DNA of 64,000 bases from a virus. The position numbers and the translations under genes are program-made. The notes below the pieces were generated by a model. The model was not told the DNA's origin. It searched no databases and worked only from the letters and a program-made list of their open reading frames with translations. Positions 57,836-64,000 of the stretch are shown here, in pieces; position 1 is the stretch's first letter; every line of letters begins with the position of its first letter. Where the stretch lies: positions 1-64,000 of the IMG/VR virus record IMGVR_UViG_3300046028_007828. One strand, written 5' to 3'.

Positions 57836-60274
57836 ATGATTAATCCAAAAGAAATTACATTTGTAATTCCGATATTCAACTTAAAAGAGCATAGGATAAA
57901 TAATTTAAAATTTATTTTGCCGTATATTCTCAAGACCGGGTGTGAGGTAATAGTAGCGGAACAAACCGCGAATGGTACCTCAAGTATAACAAATTTGGTC
58001 GGAGAGAATTCTGGGGTTAGACATTTGATATACAAACATCCCAGTGAGAAAATACACAAGACCGGAATAATAAACTGGGCAACTAAGAATCATGTATCTA
58101 CGAAATATGTATGGGCGAACGACGCAGATTTTTACATGAAATTTAGCGAGGCTCTGAACGAATTGCCAGCGGGAGATTTCATTCAACCTTACTCAGCCGC
58201 AAAAAAATTGTTTGCCAAAGATACCGAGGAAATCATTTCCGGAAATTACTTGACGGTTTCGTACGAGGATGTGACCGCTGAATATCTTTCATTGTATGGG
58301 GCATTATCTTTTATATTCAACCGAGATAAATTTATAGAAATCGGCGGCATGGACGAAACTTTATTTGGCTGGGCAAAAGAAGATGAGGTACTGTCAGCGA
58401 AGATTGCATCGCTTGGATATAGCGTAGAAGTGGGACAGCCGAAAGGAATTCATCTGTGGCATCCTCCGGAGATTGATTCTATTTCTATCGCAATAAAAGA
58501 CGTCGCAATAATTACTTGTCATTTCAATTGGACAAACTATGTAAATCCCGTAAGAAATTTAAATAGATTCTTGGACGAAATGGCAGCGGAAGGAATTCCT
58601 GTATATGGAGTGGAACTATCATTGACCGATACTTTCGTAACCCGGACTAGAGAAAATTGGAAACATATCCGAGTGGATGAAACTAATGTATGCTTTCAAA
58701 AAGAGGCATGTGTAAATTTGGTGGAGAAACTTGTTCCGGAATGCTATAAAAAAATAGCGTGGATAGACTCAGATTTGCATTTCACGAATAGAAACTGGTA
58801 TCAAGAAATGTCCAGAAAGTTGGACAAATACAAGCTTGTTCAATTATACGAGAGTGGAAGTGACACGGACAAATTTGGAAAGATAACTTCTACAATAAGT
58901 GGAATTGTGGCGGCGGGAGGACCAAGACTTGGACCGAAATATTTTGGACATCCCGGAGGAGCGTGGGCCGCACAGAGAAGTTTTTGGGAGAACGGTGGAC
59001 TTTATTGTCATTCATTTATGGGGGCTGGCGACACTCTGTTAGTAAATACTATTTATAATATTTATGACGGCAATACTGAGCCGACCGCTGGGATATATTT
59101 GGAGTGGAAAAAGAAAATCCAGCTATATGTAAATAAACATGAAATTTCGTACGTCAAGGGCAAGTTTATTCATGAGTGGCATGGGGATAAATTTGAGAGA
59201 GGATACGGGAGTCGTAATCAAATTGTAGCAAAAATAGATATTGATAAGCACGTAGTTTTGGATTGCAATGGTATAATAAAAATTAAAGATGTACCCGGAA
59301 GTATCTACGAAGAAATATTGTTATACTTTAATTCCAGAAAAGAGGACGGGAATTTATCCGGCAACATAAATCAATGGCAAAAAGACATGGCGGTCGTAGC
59401 TGTCCATTTTAATTGGGCAGGGTTCGAATCGCCAGTTAGGAATTTGAATAGATTTATATTAGAGATGGAGTCTGAAAATATACCACTCTATGGCGTTGAA
59501 CTATCATTGACCGGAAAATTTGTCACTGAACGATACCCAAATTGGATTAAGGTTAGGGTAAATAAAGAAAACGTTTGTTTTCAAAAAGAGGCGTGTGTAA
59601 ATTTAGCCGAGAAATTCATCCCCGATAAGTACAAAAAGATTGCGTGGATAGATCACGATATATATTTTAAAAATAGAAACTGGTATCGAGAAACATCCGA
59701 TAAACTCAACTCCGCGAGAGTAGTTCAAATGTTTTCAGAAGAAATATTTACCGATAGGTTCGGCGAGGAAATATCCACAATACCTTCTCTTATGAAGATT
59801 GGTGGGCCTATGGCGGAAACGGCGGTCGGTAAATATATAGGAACCCCCGGCGCAGCGTTGGCTGCGCAAAGAGATTTATGGCGAAATGGCGGAGGGCTAT
59901 ATCCATACTCTATTATGGGAGGAGGAGATACTGTATTATTGTACACAATATATAGAAATTCGAAGAACACATCCGCAACGTCAGCGTCCGGGGCAGCAAA
60001 AAAATTCAAACCCTACGAAATGTGGAAAAACTCTATCCAAGCATGGGCTCAGGAATCTTGTTCGTGTATAGAAGGAGAAATTGTGCATTCTTGGCACGGA
60101 GATAGAAAAAATAGATCATATGTTGACAGGCACACCATATCGGCAGAAATTAACTGGGACAAATGTATTTCTATCAACAAACGTGGAATTGTTCAAATAA
60201 AAAATGTAACCGATGCAACATACTCCGCAATACTAAATTATTTCAATGGTAGAAACGAAGACGGAAAATTATGA
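57836..60274 (+). CDS. Three-domain glycosyltransferase (GT2/GT7C-like domain plus two tandem GT-A-like domains)
   Basis: NDADF and GGMDETLFGWAKED, HLWH; then two copies of HFNW...PVRNLNRF...FQKEACVNL...IAWID.D...GGLY....G.GD...H.WHGD...YFN.R.EDG.L. Confidence 0.8.
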   Translation: MINPKEITFVIPIFNLKEHRINNLKFILPYILKTGCEVIVAEQTANGTSSITNLVGENSGVRHLIYKHPSEKIHKTGIINWATKNHVSTKYVWANDADFYMKFSEALNELPAGDFIQPYSAAKKLFAKDTEEIISGNYLTVSYEDVTAEYLSLYGALSFIFNRDKFIEIGGMDETLFGWAKEDEVLSAKIASLGYSVEVGQPKGIHLWHPPEIDSISIAIKDVAIITCHFNWTNYVNPVRNLNRFLDEMAAEGIPVYGVELSLTDTFVTRTRENWKHIRVDETNVCFQKEACVNLVEKLVPECYKKIAWIDSDLHFTNRNWYQEMSRKLDKYKLVQLYESGSDTDKFGKITSTISGIVAAGGPRLGPKYFGHPGGAWAAQRSFWENGGLYCHSFMGAGDTLLVNTIYNIYDGNTEPTAGIYLEWKKKIQLYVNKHEISYVKGKFIHEWHGDKFERGYGSRNQIVAKIDIDKHVVLDCNGIIKIKDVPGSIYEEILLYFNSRKEDGNLSGNINQWQKDMAVVAVHFNWAGFESPVRNLNRFILEMESENIPLYGVELSLTGKFVTERYPNWIKVRVNKENVCFQKEACVNLAEKFIPDKYKKIAWIDHDIYFKNRNWYRETSDKLNSARVVQMFSEEIFTDRFGEEISTIPSLMKIGGPMAETAVGKYIGTPGAALAAQRDLWRNGGGLYPYSIMGGGDTVLLYTIYRNSKNTSATSASGAAKKFKPYEMWKNSIQAWAQESCSCIEGEIVHSWHGDRKNRSYVDRHTISAEINWDKCISINKRGIVQIKNVTDATYSAILNYFNGRNEDGKL

Positions 60275-60765
60275 AATTAAATACACACGAACAATACATA
60301 AAACAGTTGGCCGAGACTCCTTATTTCGATGGCCGATGGCCATATTACTCGGTTGTTGGACAAGAAGCCGAAAAAATGAATCCCGGTAGCGTGTTGGAGC
60401 TTGGGGCCGCAGGATTTCCTATATTTGTCGACGGCACGACTATGGATATACATCAAAAGTTTTCTCCTACTGTAAAACATGATGGTCGAGTGTCTCCATG
60501 GCCATTCAAGGATAAAACATTCGATTTGTTTATTTCTTTACAAGTGTGGGAACACCTAGACAACAAACAAGGTCAAGCCTTCAACGAAGTTCGCCGAGTT
60601 GCAAAGTCGGCAATATTAAGCTTTCCGTATAAGTGGAAAACCGCCGACCCATTAGATTTTCATAACAATTTAGACGAGACTATATTTGCAAAATGGACAG
60701 GAAACTTACCGGCCAGAACAATCTTAATCGGAACGCGAATGATATATATATTTGATACCTTGTAA
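60271..60765 (+). CDS. Class I SAM-dependent methyltransferase-like protein
   Basis: VLELGA, WPFKDKTFDL..SLQVWEHL, EV.RV. Confidence 0.7.
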   Translation: MKLNTHEQYIKQLAETPYFDGRWPYYSVVGQEAEKMNPGSVLELGAAGFPIFVDGTTMDIHQKFSPTVKHDGRVSPWPFKDKTFDLFISLQVWEHLDNKQGQAFNEVRRVAKSAILSFPYKWKTADPLDFHNNLDETIFAKWTGNLPARTILIGTRMIYIFDTL

Positions 60766-61379
60766 TGAAGCACATTATAGCAACAAGATGTAGTTTTGAA
60801 GACTCGATATTATTCGATAAATATTTATCGGTGATGCGGTCCGTATACATACCATCATTATCCACACAAACTAACAAAAATTTTTCTGTGTACATAATGA
60901 TACACCCCCAACATAAAGATGTAATAGAAAACGCATTTAAAGATTCTGGTGTGCATATAATAACCTGCGTATGCGGGTCACTATTGGAGTTTTCTAAGTT
61001 GCTAATGAATACTGGTGCCGAGATTCAAACTCGACACGATTGCGACGACTGGATGGCCGACAGTTATATTGACGACATTCAGAAATGTTATTTGGAGGAA
61101 TCGAAACTTTGCGATACATTTCTAATACAGGCCCAGCCAACCAAATATGAAATAAGCAGCGGACACGAATACTCAATGACTAAATACGGCCCATTTAAAA
61201 CTTCTATGTTTTTGAGCCTGTGTCAAAAATTAAAAGTTCGCGGTATAATGGATTTTAAACATAATGAATACTGGAAACACGTCCCAGTTGTCAAAGATTT
61301 GCCTAGTGGACTTGTTAAATGGACGGTTCACGGGAACAATTTGACCGCCAAGATTAATCCAAACGACAAAAAAATATGA
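60765..61379 (+). CDS. Glycosyltransferase-like protein (putative rhamnosyltransferase-type GT-A)
   Basis: PSL..QTNKNF, TRHDCDD, VHG.N. Confidence 0.6.
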   Translation: MKHIIATRCSFEDSILFDKYLSVMRSVYIPSLSTQTNKNFSVYIMIHPQHKDVIENAFKDSGVHIITCVCGSLLEFSKLLMNTGAEIQTRHDCDDWMADSYIDDIQKCYLEESKLCDTFLIQAQPTKYEISSGHEYSMTKYGPFKTSMFLSLCQKLKVRGIMDFKHNEYWKHVPVVKDLPSGLVKWTVHGNNLTAKINPNDKKI

Positions 61380-61957
61380 AGACTGCGCACATAGTAGGAA
61401 AAGGCACCACGGCAAAGTCGATAAAAAGGGCAGATTTTCCAAACGACATTTTGGTTGGAATCAACCACGGGGCTATGTTTATAGATGAATTGGACTATAT
61501 TTTCGCAAACGATGTAGAAGGGTTGGAAGGAATGGCCGACGAAAAGTTCAACCATGTTAAAAACATAGCAATACCCGAGCATCCGCACGTACAAGGAATT
61601 CCTCGCGCCGATATAACTTATAAGCGAGTAGTTGATAAATTTCCGGGGAAACCAATAAATTTTATAATCTACAATTTGTTCACATGGAAGCCCCAGAACC
61701 CCGATTTGCCAACACCGGAGAGAGCAAATACCTCGGCTGGAATGGCAGTGGGATATTTATTAAAATATGAAAATGTGAAGCAATTTGAGTTGTATGGGAT
61801 AGGAAAAGGAAATGGATATCACCAGACCGTATTAGATATATTACCAAAAGAACAAGTAAAATTTAAGAACAATTGGGACGGGCAGCGGAAAGATGATTTG
61901 ATTGAGAGTATAATAAAGGCGTGTGCCAAATATAATGCCAAGGTAAATTTTAACTAA
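61376..61957 (+). CDS. Glycosyltransferase-like protein (MAF/DUF115 or sialyltransferase-type fold)
   Basis: IVGKG.T, VGINH, F.ND, TSA.MA, LYGIG...YH. Confidence 0.5.
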   Translation: MKTAHIVGKGTTAKSIKRADFPNDILVGINHGAMFIDELDYIFANDVEGLEGMADEKFNHVKNIAIPEHPHVQGIPRADITYKRVVDKFPGKPINFIIYNLFTWKPQNPDLPTPERANTSAGMAVGYLLKYENVKQFELYGIGKGNGYHQTVLDILPKEQVKFKNNWDGQRKDDLIESIIKACAKYNAKVNFN

Positions 61958-61959
61958 TT

Positions 61960-62586
61960 ATGATAACAATAGCATCTGTATTAAGGTCGGGTGGAGATTA
62001 TAATGCTTCACATGTCGCTATTCTAGAAGCGTCCGTAAAAAAACATTTATCGGTCGAACATTCGTTCGTATGTTTATCGGATGTAGAATGTGGAGTTGAG
62101 CGAATCCCCCTCACCGACGGCTGGTCCGGTTGGTGGTCTAAATTGGAACTTTTTAAAATACCGGGACCAGTCATTTATTTTGACTTGGATACTATTATAA
62201 TAAATAATTTAGATTCTATAGTAGAAAAAATGTTAGTCCCCGAATTCTGTATATTACGAGATGTTTTCATCGGGAAGAAAGACCCACACTCAATGCAATC
62301 AAGTGTGATGTCGTGGCGTGGAGATATGAGTGAGTTATATAAAACATTTCTGGAGTCTCCCGAGAAATATATTAAATTATACAAAGGAGACCAAGATTTT
62401 ATATATGCACAACTTGGGAAAACCAGAGCTGCGTATTATCAAGATATATTGCCAAACAATATTATGAGTTATAAAGCACATCTCAGAGGTAAACCAATAC
62501 CACCGGAAACTAAAATAGTGATATTTCACGGATTACCCAGACCATGGCAACAAACTCAAATTCCTTATGATAATATTAAAAAATAA
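61960..62586 (+). CDS. GT8-like glycosyltransferase
   Basis: VLRSGGDY, F.CL.D, GWWSKLELF, YFDLDT, SSVM.W, GDQ, FHG.PRPW. Confidence 0.75.
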   Translation: MITIASVLRSGGDYNASHVAILEASVKKHLSVEHSFVCLSDVECGVERIPLTDGWSGWWSKLELFKIPGPVIYFDLDTIIINNLDSIVEKMLVPEFCILRDVFIGKKDPHSMQSSVMSWRGDMSELYKTFLESPEKYIKLYKGDQDFIYAQLGKTRAAYYQDILPNNIMSYKAHLRGKPIPPETKIVIFHGLPRPWQQTQIPYDNIKK

Positions 62587-63184
62587 TTGGTGGGTTCCTG
62601 AAATAGATACACACTGCTTTCAGGCGGTGTTAAAAGAAGTCGAGGCCGTCGATGAACTCGCCAACCTTTGCAAGACCAAGCGGGTGTGTATCCAAGCGGG
62701 AGGAAATCTCGGAATTTGGCCAAAAAAGCTATCTACTATATTCGACTCGGTGTACACATTTGAACCCGACTTGGAAAATTGGCAAGCCCTTGAAAAAAAT
62801 TTGGTCGGTATAAATAATATACATGCAAAAAATTGCGCGCTTGGAGCAATTCCGGGAAAAGTATCAATAGATAGACTGAAACCGAATAATGTTGGAGCGC
62901 ACCAAGTTAAAGATGGGGCGGACACAGAAAGAATAACTATAGATAGTTTAAATTTGTCCGAAGTTAGTCTTATACAACTGGACGTGGAGGGAAGTGAACA
63001 TGATGCGATATTGGGAGCAAAAGCTACTTTATTGCGAAGTAATCCTATTGTTGTATTGGAGTTAAAGGGGTTGGGAAAGCGGTATGGACATTCCGACGCA
63101 AATACGGTAAAACTGCTCGGAGAGTTGGGATTTTCTCATATAAAAACCATCAAGCGCGACTGGGTATTTTCGAAACTTTCTTGA
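62567..63184 (+). CDS. FkbM-family methyltransferase
   Basis: IQAGGN.G, V.TFEP...N, ALG, IDSL, IQLDVEG.E...I.GA. Confidence 0.85.
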   Translation: MIILKNNWWVPEIDTHCFQAVLKEVEAVDELANLCKTKRVCIQAGGNLGIWPKKLSTIFDSVYTFEPDLENWQALEKNLVGINNIHAKNCALGAIPGKVSIDRLKPNNVGAHQVKDGADTERITIDSLNLSEVSLIQLDVEGSEHDAILGAKATLLRSNPIVVLELKGLGKRYGHSDANTVKLLGELGFSHIKTIKRDWVFSKLS

Positions 63185-63208
63185 CATCTAATAAAAATTA
63201 TCTAAGAT
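63181..63208 (+). promoter_or_regulatory. Sigma70-type promoter for the kinase/PolB genes
   Basis: TTGACA-N16-TAAGAT, 6 nt before the ATG. Confidence 0.65.
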
Positions 63209-63214
63209 GGGTAT

Positions 63215-63661
63215 ATGAAACCCAATTTATTTGTTATGGTAGGAATTAGCGGCTCTGGAAAGAGCACCTATTCCAACAAGTTGAAGACCGACTTTTCAGC
63301 CGAACTGGTCGAGACCGATGCAATTCGCGTGGAATTGAGCGGAGATGCACAAGACCAGACCCAAAATGGTCGAGTATTTTCCGTTGCCAAGGACCGCGTC
63401 GCGAAGTATTTGGCGGAGGGAAAGAATGTTATTATCGACGCGACCAGTCTGTCTATCAAGGACCGTAAGGATTGGGTCGAGATTGGCAAAGCCAACTCGG
63501 CGCTCATCAATGCTTATTTTGTAGATACGCCAGTCAATGTCGCTAAACAGAGAAATTCTTCTCGTTTGCGCCAAGTTCCGGAGTGGGTTATCGACAAGCA
63601 AGCATCTAAGCTACACGCCCCGACTCGTTCTGAGGGATTTGATGCGGTTTCCGTGGTATAA
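63215..63661 (+). CDS. Polynucleotide-kinase-like P-loop kinase (AAA_33)
   Basis: MVGISGSGKST, D.IR, VIIDAT....DR, RN..R.RQVP..VI, P...EGF. Confidence 0.8.
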   Translation: MKPNLFVMVGISGSGKSTYSNKLKTDFSAELVETDAIRVELSGDAQDQTQNGRVFSVAKDRVAKYLAEGKNVIIDATSLSIKDRKDWVEIGKANSALINAYFVDTPVNVAKQRNSSRLRQVPEWVIDKQASKLHAPTRSEGFDAVSVV

Positions 63662-63683
63662 CACCGAGTCAAACTGTTCCAAT

Positions 63684-64000
63684 ATGTACCAAGCTATTTA
63701 CTGCGAGCACAAGACCGGCATTGTTCATCTATGGGACGATATAAATGGATATGTAAATTTTAAACACAAGCCATACGCATATAAACGTTCCCAAAATGGG
63801 AAGTATATGTCGATTTATGGCGATAAGCTAGACCGGGTAGAGAAGTATAATTTCAAAGACCCATCATTATTTGAATCCGACGTTCCGTGGGATACCCGCG
63901 TTCTGATTGATGCGTACACCGACAGTGATGAAATGAGCATAAATCACCGGATTGCAATTTTGGACATTGAAACGGATTCCACCGGAGGATATCCCAACAT
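63684..64000 (+). CDS. Family B DNA polymerase, N-terminus (runs off the window; absent from the ORF track)
   Basis: My translation: MYQAIYCEHKTGIVHLWDD...PYAY...SIYGDKL...FESDVP...R.LID.Y.DSD...ILDIETDSTGGYP, with the ExoI DIE motif. Confidence 0.75.
   Translation, partial: MYQAIYCEHKTGIVHLWDDINGYVNFKHKPYAYKRSQNGKYMSIYGDKLDRVEKYNFKDPSLFESDVPWDTRVLIDAYTDSDEMSINHRIAILDIETDSTGGYPN

Noticed and set aside
1-64000. Stop-codon reassignment, suggested by the phage release factor
   Set aside because: Core genes are full length in code 11 and coding density is high; TGA ends genes at sensible positions.
1-64000. tRNA genes, introns, inteins, reverse transcriptase/DGR, integrase
   Set aside because: No cloverleaf seen in the short intergenic gaps; RNR, RecA and helicase look uninterrupted; no RT or integrase motifs recognised. 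Checked by eye only.

Overview
A 64-kb segment of a large, AT-rich T4-like (myovirus-type) dsDNA bacteriophage genome read in the standard code. Order: (1) a 13-kb block of low-complexity virion appendage genes (Gly-X-Y repeat fibre, Gly-rich adhesin-like paralogues, pectate-lyase-type tailspike) followed by an inverted sulfotransferase + GT8 pair; (2) tail sheath and tail tube, separated by a 6-kb insert of endonuclease, nucleotidase, nucleotidyltransferase and RNA ligase genes; (3) a class I release factor; (4) putative head-internal proteins, two tail/baseplate assembly paralogues, tape measure and baseplate genes; (5) a replication module (PolA-like, SSB, RecA/UvsX, 5'-3' exonuclease, ATP-grasp, DnaB-like helicase, class Id-type RNR); (6) rIIA/rIIB; (7) a Pro/Thr-repeat protein ahead of a glycosyl/methyltransferase cluster; (8) PNK-like kinase and the start of a PolB. 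The best hidden signal, missed by the ORF track, is the release factor. It is RF1-like, lacks domain 1, has PKN in place of PxT, and appears to be made from a 26-codon leader through a prfB (RF2)-type GGGGG-N3-CTT-TGA-C +1 frameshift site. All calls come from motif recognition by eye; no database searches were run.
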